Assembly (NCBI GenBank): GCA_963826715.1
Contig: CAWGYA010000008.1
Location: forward strand, 1,088,001-1,152,000
Reading direction: 5' to 3'
Length of the DNA stretch: 64,000 nucleotides
Source: Candidatus Bathyarchaeota archaeon
Lineage (GTDB): Archaea > Thermoproteota > Bathyarchaeia > Bathyarchaeales > Bathycorpusculaceae
Shown: positions 9,333-19,345 of the stretch, piece after piece
How the letters are laid out: each line of letters opens with the position of its first letter
Numbering within the stretch: position 1 is the stretch's first letter
Notes under the pieces: model-generated
Databases searched by the model: none
What the model was told of the DNA's origin: nothing
Seen by the model: the letters and a program-made list of their open reading frames with translations, nothing else
Made by a program: the position numbers and the translations under genes

Positions 9333-9977
9333 ATGTCGCAAAATAATGTAGCTAGCCAACTAGTCCTTAAAGGAACAACAACAATTGGCGTTGTCTGCAA
9401 AGATGGCGTAATATTAGCCTCAGATACCCGAGTAACCATGGGTTTCTATGTCGCTCACAAATTCGGCAAAAAAGTCTACAAGATCGATGACCACATAGGC
9501 ATGACTATAGCAGGCACAGTGGCCGATGCACAACGTGTGGTTGATATTCTTATTGCTAACGCGCAACTCTATAAAGTAAACCTCAACCGCCCAATCCCAA
9601 TTCCTGCAGCTGCACGGCTTGTTGCAAATCTGCTGTTCCAAAGTCGCTACATTCCATTGGCAACGCAGGTTCTTGTAGGCGGTATAGACGAAACTGGACC
9701 TCATGTTTTTAACCTCGACCCCTACGGCAGTTTAACCGAGGAGAAAATGGTTTCCACAGGTTCAGGCTCCCCAGTAGCTTATGGAGTCCTTGAAGACAAG
9801 TATCGTGAAGGAGTAAGTATAGCTGAAACCCTGCCGGTCATCGCTAGAGCCGTGAATGCCGCTATGAAGCGGGATGTGGCAAGCGGTAACAGCTACAACA
9901 TCATCGTGATTGATAGCAACGGCTACAAAGAGTTGAGTGAAGAAGAGAAAACTCAACTTCTCAAAGTAGGAAGTTAA
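9333..9977 (+). CDS. psmB: Proteasome subunit beta
   Basis: Propeptide ...LKG|TTTIG, ASDTR, GSGS, RDVASG. Confidence 0.96.
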   Translation: MSQNNVASQLVLKGTTTIGVVCKDGVILASDTRVTMGFYVAHKFGKKVYKIDDHIGMTIAGTVADAQRVVDILIANAQLYKVNLNRPIPIPAAARLVANLLFQSRYIPLATQVLVGGIDETGPHVFNLDPYGSLTEEKMVSTGSGSPVAYGVLEDKYREGVSIAETLPVIARAVNAAMKRDVASGNSYNIIVIDSNGYKELSEEEKTQLLKVGS

Positions 9978-9981
9978 GGTA

Positions 9982-11907
9982 GTGGCTCGAACACAAGAAA
10001 AAGACAAAGATAAGATTGAAATTAGCAAATATATTTTAGAAAAAGTTCCCCGCGAAGCAGAGGTTACCAGAATCGAATATGAAGGACCTATGCTTGCAGT
10101 CTATACTAAACGCCCCGAAATTTTAGTTGACCAATCTAGCGTTGTATCAGAAATAGTTGGCGTTATCCGCAAACGTATAGTCATACGTCCAGACCCCTCT
10201 GTTCGTATCCCTGAAGTAGAAGCTGAAAAAATCGCCCGAGAACTCATTACTGCTGAGGCTGAAATTACAGACATAAACTTTGACCCCAGCCTAGGCGAAA
10301 TCCTAATTGAAACAAAAAAACCTGGATTAGTCATTGGTAGAAATGGTGCAGTACTCCAGGAAATCATGCGCAAAACCAAATGGCGCCCACATGTTCTTCG
10401 CAGCCCCCCAATTAAATCTAAAATAATTACTCATATGCGGCACTACATGCACTCAGAAAGCAAAGAACGTGAACGAATTCTCCGAACGGTAGGTGAGCGA
10501 ATATTCAGACCTAAGACCTATGACGTCGGCGATATACGTATGACTGTTCTGGGTGGCGCTCAAGAAGTAGGGCGATCCGCATTTCTAGTAAAAACCCGCG
10601 AAAGCAGCGTACTGCTCGACTGTGGTATCCACCCGGGCTCAAACCGACCCTTTGAATCATTCCCACGTTTTGACTGCCCTGAATTCGAGATTGACTCACT
10701 TGATGCAGTAGTAATTAGCCACGCACATCTTGACCACTGCGGTCTAGTTCCATTTCTCTACAAATATGGATATGACGGACCAGTTTATTGCTCAGCTCCA
10801 ACCTCCAATCTCATGACTATGCTACAGCTTGACTACCTTGACGTAGCAAACAAACAGGGAGTTGCCCCGAACTACGACCAAAAGGACGTCCGTGAATGTG
10901 TATTACACACGATTCCTCTTCGTTACGGCGTAGTTACCGACATCGCTCCAGATATCCGCTTGACCCTTCATAATTCCGGTCACATTTTAGGTGGCGCCAT
11001 GGTGCACCTCCACATCGGTGAGGGCTTACATAACATAGTTTACACCAGCGACTACAAATTCGGCAGGACTATGCTTCTTGAAGCCGCGGCTACAGAGTTC
11101 CCTAGAATTGAAACCGTGATTACCGAAAGTACCTACAGTGGTCCCGACGACATCGTGCCCAGTCGTTTAGAAGCTGAAGAATCACTCACAAAAGCCATAA
11201 ACCAAACACTTGAGCGCAAAGGCAAAGTGCTCATCCCTGTGCCAGCCGTTGGGCGTGCACAAGAAATCATGCTTGTCATTGATGGTTACATGAAAAGAGG
11301 CATGATGAAAGAAGCCCCCGTTTTCATCGAAGGCATGATAAGCGAAGCCACAGCAATACATACTGCATACCCAGAATACCTTGGAAGAGAAGTGCGCCAT
11401 AGCATTCTACATGAGGAAGTTAATCCTTTCCAAAGCGATTACTTCACTATCGTTGACCACCCAAGCCACCGTAGTAGTATTATGGAGGGAGAACCCTGTA
11501 TAGTCTTAGCTACCAGCGGTATGCTTGAAGGAGGACCAGTCATTGAGTACTTCAAGAACTGGGCATCTGATGAACGTAACCAAATAATTTTTGTCAGTTA
11601 CCAAATCGAAGGAACTATGGGTAGACGTGTCCAAAAAGGCATAGGGGAAGTCACAATGATGGATAACGATGGCAAAATGGTTGCGCTCAGCGTTAAAATG
11701 GGTATAGAAACCATCGAGGGCTTTTCAGGACATAGCGACCGCCGTCAACTCGTAAACTACCTAACACATCTAAACCCAAAGCCCGAACGTATTTTCGTTG
11801 TCCACGGCGAAAAACAAAAAACACTCAACTTCGGTCACTTCTTAGACAACAAAGTCGGCATAAACACCGTAGTTCCAAGCACATTAGAAACCTTTAGGCT
11901 GTTGTAG
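9982..11907 (+). CDS. fttA: aCPSF1 / FttA KH-domain beta-CASP ribonuclease (transcription termination factor)
   Basis: N-terminal KH (EYEGP, KPGLVIG), SHAHLDH, GFSGHSD and VHGE. Conserved position after psmB. Confidence 0.95.
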   Translation: MARTQEKDKDKIEISKYILEKVPREAEVTRIEYEGPMLAVYTKRPEILVDQSSVVSEIVGVIRKRIVIRPDPSVRIPEVEAEKIARELITAEAEITDINFDPSLGEILIETKKPGLVIGRNGAVLQEIMRKTKWRPHVLRSPPIKSKIITHMRHYMHSESKERERILRTVGERIFRPKTYDVGDIRMTVLGGAQEVGRSAFLVKTRESSVLLDCGIHPGSNRPFESFPRFDCPEFEIDSLDAVVISHAHLDHCGLVPFLYKYGYDGPVYCSAPTSNLMTMLQLDYLDVANKQGVAPNYDQKDVRECVLHTIPLRYGVVTDIAPDIRLTLHNSGHILGGAMVHLHIGEGLHNIVYTSDYKFGRTMLLEAAATEFPRIETVITESTYSGPDDIVPSRLEAEESLTKAINQTLERKGKVLIPVPAVGRAQEIMLVIDGYMKRGMMKEAPVFIEGMISEATAIHTAYPEYLGREVRHSILHEEVNPFQSDYFTIVDHPSHRSSIMEGEPCIVLATSGMLEGGPVIEYFKNWASDERNQIIFVSYQIEGTMGRRVQKGIGEVTMMDNDGKMVALSVKMGIETIEGFSGHSDRRQLVNYLTHLNPKPERIFVVHGEKQKTLNFGHFLDNKVGINTVVPSTLETFRLL

Positions 11908-12496
11908 GAAGAGGCTGGCTACTTGCAACTGGCGCTGGAGTTTTCTCCCGCCAAATTCTCACTGTTTTTGGGCAAATTACTACACGCTCTTCACCGAGGC
12001 GCGCAATGTCTCCTCCAACAGATTCAACGAACTGGAATAGCTCATTCACTGCGGTTTTAACATCTTCAATACTTTTTCCTGCAAGTGGTGTGACGCGAAG
12101 AATTATGATGTTCCCGTTTCTAACTTCTGATTCAACACTTGCCACGTCAGATAGATCTTTAAGCGGCATGGCCTTGAGGTAAGTTTTGCTGGATCCTTCT
12201 GATTTAGGTTGATTTGAGTTCGGTTTTTCAGATTTTTCTGCTGAAGTTTCCCGTGTAGAATCTTGAGCAACTTCGGGTTGAGGTAACTGTTCTGGTTCAG
12301 AGGCAATTTCTGGTGTTTTTTGGGTAGTTTCCTGCGGGTGTCCCTGTGTAGTTGATGGCTCTATTTTAGAGGCAGATTCTGTTGAGACTTCTTCAATAGG
12401 CTCTTCTTGTACCTCTGGCTTGCCTTCTTCCGGAGGAGCCACAGATGATTTTTCATGTTGAAGTTCTTTCTTTTTGTGGAATATTTTGAACGGCAA
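11894..12496 (-). CDS. sepF: Cell division protein SepF with long disordered N-terminus
   Basis: C-terminal EVRNGNIIIL...V.EL..FVESVGGDIARLGEERVVICP core. Confidence 0.8.
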   Translation of the reverse strand: MPFKIFHKKKELQHEKSSVAPPEEGKPEVQEEPIEEVSTESASKIEPSTTQGHPQETTQKTPEIASEPEQLPQPEVAQDSTRETSAEKSEKPNSNQPKSEGSSKTYLKAMPLKDLSDVASVESEVRNGNIIILRVTPLAGKSIEDVKTAVNELFQFVESVGGDIARLGEERVVICPKTVRIWREKTPAPVASSQPLPTTA

Positions 12497-12652
12497 TTTT
12501 TTCTCCTCGCAACCATCTATTTAGCGAACTGTGCAGTTAAGCGTTTCTTTATTTTCTATCTTCCGCTTACGTCTTTAGATTATTGCCACCGCAATATTTG
12601 ATTTGCGCTTTATTACACAACACAAAATTGCTGCAAAGACCCTTTAAATGTT

Positions 12653-13000
12653 TCATGAAAGCAGAACCACAAGGTTGTTGACTACTACCACAACCAAAAA
12701 CACAACCAGACCAGAGTAAACAGCTTTTATTCCAAAATTAGAGTACCGAAAGCCACGGGTGCTTTTATCCTGTGCTTGGTTGAGGACTTTTCGCGAAAGC
12801 ACATAAGTGCCAGCAATGCAGGCTGTTGCAGCAAGCTTTAACACCATAAAAACTGGCACATTGCGCACTATTCCTGAGAGAAAGGGATTGAGTTCTGCTG
12901 CTCCAAAATACATGGTGCCTATGACTGTGGTTATGCAATCTACTGTGCCCATCAATACAAGCAAGAGACTCGGAAACACATTTGACTTAGGGGTAAACAT
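12653..13000 (-). CDS. DUF5658-like small membrane protein
   Basis: D.ITT..G......ELNPF....LKL pattern with three hydrophobic segments. ATG at 13000 after a GGAG-rich SD. Confidence 0.65.
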   Translation of the reverse strand: MFTPKSNVFPSLLLVLMGTVDCITTVIGTMYFGAAELNPFLSGIVRNVPVFMVLKLAATACIAGTYVLSRKVLNQAQDKSTRGFRYSNFGIKAVYSGLVVFLVVVVVNNLVVLLS

Positions 13001-13298
13001 TTGCCTTCTCCTTTCCTTTCTTAATTCCAATTGGCAATCTTTACTTAAGAACCAAATTGCGAAAATCGATATATTCCCAATAAAAACACAATAATATGAG
13101 TTCAAAAGGCATTTTAGCATCTCTTGGGTATTTCCAATTAGTTTATTTTTTTAGTTTCTGTTAAAAGGAATGTTAGAACGCAAAATTTCCATCCCTCTTT
13201 AATAATTGTAAATGGGCTTGTTATCGCAGAATGCATACATTTTATGCACATAAGCCTTATATTTTTAAAGTCAACCTTTCTGACTGAAGGCTTTACCT

Positions 13299-14369
13299 AT
13301 GCATAAAAGACTCTTGATTCCTGGTCCAACTGAAGTAAGTAAAGAAATTTTAAGTGAACAAACCCATTATCTTATAGGTCACAGAGAAAAAGCGTTCTCT
13401 GACCTCTATGGAGGAATTACAGATAAAATCGCTACTTTCTTCCAATTAACATCTGAATATAAGCCCACAGTCACCACTGGATCAGGCACATTATGGTTTG
13501 ATATTATCGGTCGAAGTATAGTTAAAGAAAAAGCTCTCGCCTGCGTTAATGGCGCCTTCTCCAAACGCTGCGCTCAAACTTTAACGTCATGCGGCAAAGA
13601 AACAGATATCTTAGAAGTGGAAATGGGTAAAGCCATCAAACCCGAAATGGTTGCTGAGAAACTCGCCTCCGGTAAATATGACACCCTAACGGTCTGCCAC
13701 AACGAAACCTCTACAGGTGTGCGTAGCCCAATTGCAGAAATTGGTAAAATGTTAAAAAAAGAGTACCCCGATATAATTTTCGCTGTAGATGCGGTTTCCT
13801 CAATGGCCGGTGACAAAACTTTGCCCTCGGAGATGAACTGTGACATCATTTTTGGTAGCACCCAGAAATGTTTTGCGCTTCCCCCAGGATTAGCTGTTGC
13901 ACTCGTTAGCGACCGCACAATTGAACGAGCAAAAACTGTTCCTAACCGCGGTGCCTATACCGATATAGTCGACATTTTTGAGTTCGAAAAAAAGCATCAA
14001 ACCCCATTTACCCCTAATATCTCACTACTTTATGCATTGAACAAACGTCTAGACCTGTTACTTGAGGAAACAATTGATGGCGTCTACCAAAGGCATCTCG
14101 ATATGGCAAACTACACACAGAATTGGGCAAAACAAAACTTCACTATGTTTCCCGAAGCAGGCTATGAATCCATCACTGTGAGTTGTATCAATAGTAATGG
14201 CAAAGATGTTAAAGCCCTCAATCAGGCACTCGCCGAACACGACTATTTGATTTCTGCAGGCTACGGAAATTTAAAAGACAAAACCTTCCGTATCGGTCAC
14301 ATGGGCGAATGGAATCTTGCAGGAATCAAAGAATTAATTTCCACAATAGACAACATTTGGGGATTGTAG
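13299..14369 (+). CDS. Class V PLP aminotransferase (serine-pyruvate / phosphoserine aminotransferase-like)
   Basis: IPGPT, HNETSTG, VDAVSS, STQKCFALPPG (PLP Lys), FRIGHMG. Confidence 0.9.
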   Translation: MHKRLLIPGPTEVSKEILSEQTHYLIGHREKAFSDLYGGITDKIATFFQLTSEYKPTVTTGSGTLWFDIIGRSIVKEKALACVNGAFSKRCAQTLTSCGKETDILEVEMGKAIKPEMVAEKLASGKYDTLTVCHNETSTGVRSPIAEIGKMLKKEYPDIIFAVDAVSSMAGDKTLPSEMNCDIIFGSTQKCFALPPGLAVALVSDRTIERAKTVPNRGAYTDIVDIFEFEKKHQTPFTPNISLLYALNKRLDLLLEETIDGVYQRHLDMANYTQNWAKQNFTMFPEAGYESITVSCINSNGKDVKALNQALAEHDYLISAGYGNLKDKTFRIGHMGEWNLAGIKELISTIDNIWGL

Positions 14370-15271
14370 TGACAATAAAAATCCTCGTAAGCGACAAAAT
14401 CGCTGACGAAGGCATTAAAATGCTCCAAGAAAAGGGCTACCAACTAACATGTGGCTGGGATATACCCAAACCTGACCTCTCCAAAGTCATCGGCGAATAC
14501 GAAGTTCTTATAGTACGCAGTGCCACCAAAGTCAAAGGAGAACTGCTAGAAAATGCCAAGAACTTACGAGTTATAGGTAGAGCAGGTGAAGGCTTAGATA
14601 ACATAGATTATGAACGTGCAAAAACCTTAGGCATCAGCTTAGTTAATACCCCTCATGTTTCCTATGAAAGTGTTGCCGAACTCACATTTGGTCACATGAT
14701 TGCACTTGCTCGCAATATAGTTGAAGGAACCTTAACACTCCGCAATGGTAAATGGGAAAAACAGAAATTGATGGGTAACGAAATTAATGGAAAAACTCTG
14801 GGGATAATCGGTTGTGGCTATATAGGCAAAGATGTGGAAAGAATAGCATTGTCTTTTGGGATGAAAGTCATCGTGGTCGAAGAATGTGTTCATGATCGTT
14901 TTGTGCCACTATCAGAAATGCTCCCACAAGCAGACTTTATCACACTGCATGTGCCCCTGACATCAAAGACACGCCATCTAATCGGCGAAAAAGAATTCGC
15001 TATGATGAAAAAAGGCGTGCGCATTGTAGATTGCAGTCGGGGCGGAGTAATTGATCAACAAGCACTCTTCGATGCCCTGCTTTCAGGAAAGGTTGCAGGT
15101 GCTGCCTTGGATGTTTTTGAAGAGGAACCTCCAAAGAATAGCAAGCTCCTATCACTCCCAAATGTTATAGCGACTCCTCATATGGGTGCACAGACCTTTG
15201 AGGCTCAGCAGAGAGCAAGCATACAAATAGCAAACAATGTTATAGATGCGCTGGAAAAACTGAATCTATGA
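14369..15271 (+). CDS. serA: D-3-phosphoglycerate dehydrogenase (short form, no ACT domain)
   Basis: IVRSATKV, GRAGEGLDNID, GCGYIG, LHVPL, SRGG, LDVFEEEP, TPHMGAQT. GTG start overlaps the upstream stop. Confidence 0.85.
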   Translation: MTIKILVSDKIADEGIKMLQEKGYQLTCGWDIPKPDLSKVIGEYEVLIVRSATKVKGELLENAKNLRVIGRAGEGLDNIDYERAKTLGISLVNTPHVSYESVAELTFGHMIALARNIVEGTLTLRNGKWEKQKLMGNEINGKTLGIIGCGYIGKDVERIALSFGMKVIVVEECVHDRFVPLSEMLPQADFITLHVPLTSKTRHLIGEKEFAMMKKGVRIVDCSRGGVIDQQALFDALLSGKVAGAALDVFEEEPPKNSKLLSLPNVIATPHMGAQTFEAQQRASIQIANNVIDALEKLNL

Positions 15272-15283
15272 GTTGACCCTTGA

Positions 15284-16558
15284 TTGGTAGAAATTCGACC
15301 CTTTAAAGCCATAACCTACACACCTAAGGCTGGCGACCCAGCTGAGCTCATAACGCAGCCTTATGACAAAATCGACACTGTAACGCAACACGAATACTAT
15401 GCGCTTTCACCATACAATTTCTGTCGCCTCATTTTGCCGCTTGAAGCAGAAAAATATGAAGTAGCAAACCAGCGGATTGCTCAGTGGCTCAAAGAGGGTG
15501 TTATGGTAAAGGAGGCGCAGCCCGCCATTTTTATTTCCCGCCAAGAATTTACCTTAAACCGCAAAGCATACTCTCGCACAGGTATTATTGCAGCCCTTCG
15601 ACTCTACCACTATAATGAAAACATTGTATTTCCGCATGAACGTACATACAAAGCTCCCAAAACTGATCGCTTAAACATGCTACGTAAGGTCCAGAAGGAT
15701 TTGGAGCCCGTGTTTTTGATGTATCAGGATTCCGAGGAAAAATCCATGTCTTGGATGAAAAATGCTATGAAAAGTGCTCCCGGGATGCAGGTTACAGATT
15801 CGCTGGGCGTTAAGCATACAGTTTGGTGCATTTCTAGCCCTCAAGAAATAAGTGAGCTACAGGCAGTTTTAAAGACTAAATTTATGGTAATAACCGATGG
15901 TCACCACCGCTATGAGAGCGCCCTTGCCTACAGGGATGAAATGAGAGCAAAAACTGGCTGCATAGAAGACTGCGCGTTTAATTTCCACATGTGTTATATG
16001 GTTCCCTTGCAGGAAGGCTTGATTGTATTGCCCACACATCGTCTGCTAAAAAAATACAAGTTAACACCTGAACTTCTCCATGCATTTCTATTCTTCTTTG
16101 AACTCCATGAAATCCCGCCTACAGTTGAGGCTATCGAATTTTATCTTAAAAACCACCAAAACGAGCATGTATTCTGCGTCTACGATGGCACAAAAGCTTA
16201 CGGTTTGCAGCTAAAACATGACAAAGCAGTTTATGATTTTGTTAACAAAAATGTTTCCAAAGAAACAAAAATCTTCGATGTAGTTATCCTTCGTGACATA
16301 GTCTTTAAGTTCATTCTTAAAACAGGCGAACTCAACATCGACGAAAACATCATTTATATTCGCTGGACTAAAGCTGCAATAGAGACAGTAAATAGAGGCG
16401 AAGCCAGTATAGCATTCATGGTTAACCCTGTTCCAGCAAAAACCATAGCTGAGATAGCTGTACAACATGAGGTTCTGCCCGAGAAATCCACGGATTTCTA
16501 CCCTAAACTGGTTTCGGGGCTGGTTTTGATGGATGTTTCCGTGAATGAAAAATTGTAG
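15284..16558 (+). CDS. DUF1015 family protein
   Basis: IRPFKA, PYD.I, PHERT, DGHHRYE, PTHR, PEKSTDFYPKL.SGL. Confidence 0.88.
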   Translation: MVEIRPFKAITYTPKAGDPAELITQPYDKIDTVTQHEYYALSPYNFCRLILPLEAEKYEVANQRIAQWLKEGVMVKEAQPAIFISRQEFTLNRKAYSRTGIIAALRLYHYNENIVFPHERTYKAPKTDRLNMLRKVQKDLEPVFLMYQDSEEKSMSWMKNAMKSAPGMQVTDSLGVKHTVWCISSPQEISELQAVLKTKFMVITDGHHRYESALAYRDEMRAKTGCIEDCAFNFHMCYMVPLQEGLIVLPTHRLLKKYKLTPELLHAFLFFFELHEIPPTVEAIEFYLKNHQNEHVFCVYDGTKAYGLQLKHDKAVYDFVNKNVSKETKIFDVVILRDIVFKFILKTGELNIDENIIYIRWTKAAIETVNRGEASIAFMVNPVPAKTIAEIAVQHEVLPEKSTDFYPKLVSGLVLMDVSVNEKL

Positions 16559-16611
16559 TTATGAGTTTTGACTAACTTGAGGGAAAATTTTGTGGCAGAG
16601 GTTAAATGTCG

Positions 16612-16758
16612 TTATTTTACGAATTTAGTAGGTTGCCTCTTGAACCGTTTCTTGCAGACTAAACTGCAGAAATGGTATGTTTCGCTATCGTAGGATATTT
16701 TGAATTTTGCAGTGTTCTCGTCGAGAACTGCTCCGCATACAGGATCTCTGAATGACAT
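16612..16758 (-). CDS. YHS-domain small metal-binding protein, 48 aa (not in ORF track)
   Basis: Manual translation MSFRDPVCGAVLDENTAKFKISYDSETYHFCSLVCKKRFKRQPTKFVK has the DPVCG...Y.FCS..C...F YHS signature. Confidence 0.85.
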   Translation of the reverse strand: MSFRDPVCGAVLDENTAKFKISYDSETYHFCSLVCKKRFKRQPTKFVK

Positions 16759-16989
16759 TAGTGGTCTTTAAGCCTCATTTCATCATTCTCGCTTCGCCTT
16801 ATTATGGTTAGTGGTATTTTCTGCTAGAATTTCTGGGAAATTTCGGTTGTTTCGTCAAAAAAAGGTTAATTTAAGTCTGTTTTGATAGGTTTAAACAGAC
16901 TTGGCTTCGAGACACCTGTTCCAATAATTTTTGATTTGCTAAATGGTGACATTGTTAAAGTCTGTCTAAATCTTTAGGGTTTTAAAGTT

Positions 16990-17262
16990 TCAGTCTTCTT
17001 CCGCATCTTCTTTGGCAAGTTCAACTGATATCGAGTCATTATGGTTTGTCGCGTTTTTACGGGTGGCTTTTTTATTTGGCGGTTCCTGTTCATGTCCCAT
17101 CATGAAGCCTTCTTCAGCAGCGGTTATCTCATCGTCTTCAAGCATCTCTTCTCTGGCGCCGGTGTTGTAGATATCGTCGGCTTCTTCTTCCTTCTCTTTT
17201 TCGTTTAGTGGTGGACCATTAAAGAAGTGTGGAGGGGCCTTTTTGGGTTTATTTTTACTCAT
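16990..17262 (-). CDS. Acidic hypothetical protein
   Basis: 90 aa, GAGGT SD, motif DIY....REEMLEDDEITAAEEGFM.G. Confidence 0.65.
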   Translation of the reverse strand: MSKNKPKKAPPHFFNGPPLNEKEKEEEADDIYNTGAREEMLEDDEITAAEEGFMMGHEQEPPNKKATRKNATNHNDSISVELAKEDAEED

Positions 17263-17818
17263 TATGTGTTGACCTCGACTTTAGCGTTTTAGCTCTTCTT
17301 TAACATAGTGTGACCGCGGCGGCTTTTAATACTTGTGATAGTGTCGTCACAGTCACAAAAGCAACAGCTGAGAGTTGGCTGAAAAGGAGAAAATTTTAAG
17401 ATTTGCAAGAAATCTGTCTAAAACCAACATTGCTTATTCAATCTACAGAGATTGTGGCCAAAACCGTGTGAAGAAACCGCTTAAACCTACACCCCAGGTC
17501 TGGATAACTAAATCAGAGGGTTTTCAACGGTGAAACTATCCGCTTACTGCTCTGATGGTGATTGCTTAATAGTGTTTTTGGTTTGTAAGCAAAATAATTG
17601 CGCTTAAGATAGCTTACGCTTTTCTTCCCAATTGGTTTACTTGGAAACTAAACAAGCTTTATTTTTACATTTTCGAAGCAAAACCCACCATTCCCCCTAA
17701 CTGTAACTCCCAAGCAATCCACGTTTTTTCCGGTGGAGTGCAGTTAACTTAAAGAACAAGCAACAAATATACTAACCACCTAAAAATCCAAAAACGGAGA
17801 AAGTGGTGAAAGCAGCAA

Positions 17819-19345
17819 GTGTCTCAAGCAACCTTCGAAGAAATGAGCGCGTCAGACTTTTTCTACCGTAACCGAGACATTGCCGGCTTAACAAATCCAT
17901 CACGTAGCATATTCGTCGCCATACGTGAATTAGTTGAGAACTCCCTTGACGCGGCAGAAAGCCAAATGATTCCACCTGATATTTACGTGCGCTTATCCTT
18001 TGAAAGTGAAGCAACCAAGGATACTCAAATATACAAGCTCCGTGTCGAAGACAACGGCTCGGGAATTCCACCTCGGTTTATACCCTCGGCATTTGGCCAA
18101 ATTCTCTACGGCAGCAAATACAAACTCAAGCAAGCAAGAGGAACCTTTGGACTTGGTGGAAAAATGGCTGTCCTGTACGGACAAATCACCACGCACCAAC
18201 CTGTTTCGGTAACATCAAGCACTGGACAAGAAAAAATCTACAGCTTCAAGTTAATGATTGATATCCAGCGCAATAAACCCATAATTATAGACCGCAAAGT
18301 CCTAATAAACAAAGCCAATTGGAAAGGAACAATTATCGAGTTCACCATCGAAGGTGACTATCTTCGGGCGATGCCGAAAATCATCGAGTACTTCAAGCAA
18401 ACAGCGATGGTTAATCCTTATGCTAACATCACCTTCGTGGATCCCAAGGGTAGACTCTACAAGTTCACTCGAGCAACAACTGCTATGCCCGAGCCACCCA
18501 AAGAAACCATGCCTCACCCATATGGCGTAGACGTGGAGTTATTACAGCGGCTTATTCAAATCACTGAATGTAACACCATGCACAGTTTTCTCCGGGTGCA
18601 CTTTCATAGAGTAGGCGAAATTACTGCCCAAAAATTTCTTGAATTCGCTGGTATACCCTCAAACAAAAGCCCCAAGAAGTTAAGTCACGAAGAAATCGTG
18701 CGGCTAATGCAGAATCTTAAAAAATTCAAGGATTTTTTACCACCTGATGCAAGCTGTCTCTCACCTCTGGGAGAAGAACTCCTCAAAGCAGGAGTCATGA
18801 AAGAACTAAACCCCGAATACCTTGTGGTGCACCAACGCAAACCCAGTACATATGCGGGTCACCCCTTCATTGTAGAGATGGCCATGGCTTACGGCGGTAA
18901 CGTACCCAAACGCGGCAACTTTGTGATTTACCGATTCGCAAACAAAATCCCGCTTCTTTATGATGAAGCCTCAGATGTTTCTTATCGAGTGATTTCAGCA
19001 ATGAATTGGCGACGCTACAAAGTCTCACCCGACATGCCTATCGCCATAGTCGTGCATATCTGTAGCACCAAAGTTCCATATAAAACAGTGGGAAAAGAAT
19101 TCCTTTCCGATCGTCCCGAAGTGCGCCGAGAAGTAGCCAATGCTTTGCGTGAGGTGGCACGACAAATCCAGCATTTCTTAGCACGGCAAGAACACGTGCA
19201 TATGGAGAAGAAACGACTAAGCATCTTCAGTAAGTATCTGCCTAAAATAGCCGAGTTTGCAACCATCCTGGCAGTGAAAGAAAAGAAACCTGACATAGAA
19301 AAATTACTCAAGAGTGTACAGAAATATGGCACAGAAGAAAACTAA
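17819..19345 (+). CDS. top6B: DNA topoisomerase VI subunit B
   Basis: ELVENSLDA, EDNGSG, RGTFGLG GHKL motifs, RFANKIPL, KVPYK. Confidence 0.97.
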   Translation: MSQATFEEMSASDFFYRNRDIAGLTNPSRSIFVAIRELVENSLDAAESQMIPPDIYVRLSFESEATKDTQIYKLRVEDNGSGIPPRFIPSAFGQILYGSKYKLKQARGTFGLGGKMAVLYGQITTHQPVSVTSSTGQEKIYSFKLMIDIQRNKPIIIDRKVLINKANWKGTIIEFTIEGDYLRAMPKIIEYFKQTAMVNPYANITFVDPKGRLYKFTRATTAMPEPPKETMPHPYGVDVELLQRLIQITECNTMHSFLRVHFHRVGEITAQKFLEFAGIPSNKSPKKLSHEEIVRLMQNLKKFKDFLPPDASCLSPLGEELLKAGVMKELNPEYLVVHQRKPSTYAGHPFIVEMAMAYGGNVPKRGNFVIYRFANKIPLLYDEASDVSYRVISAMNWRRYKVSPDMPIAIVVHICSTKVPYKTVGKEFLSDRPEVRREVANALREVARQIQHFLARQEHVHMEKKRLSIFSKYLPKIAEFATILAVKEKKPDIEKLLKSVQKYGTEEN

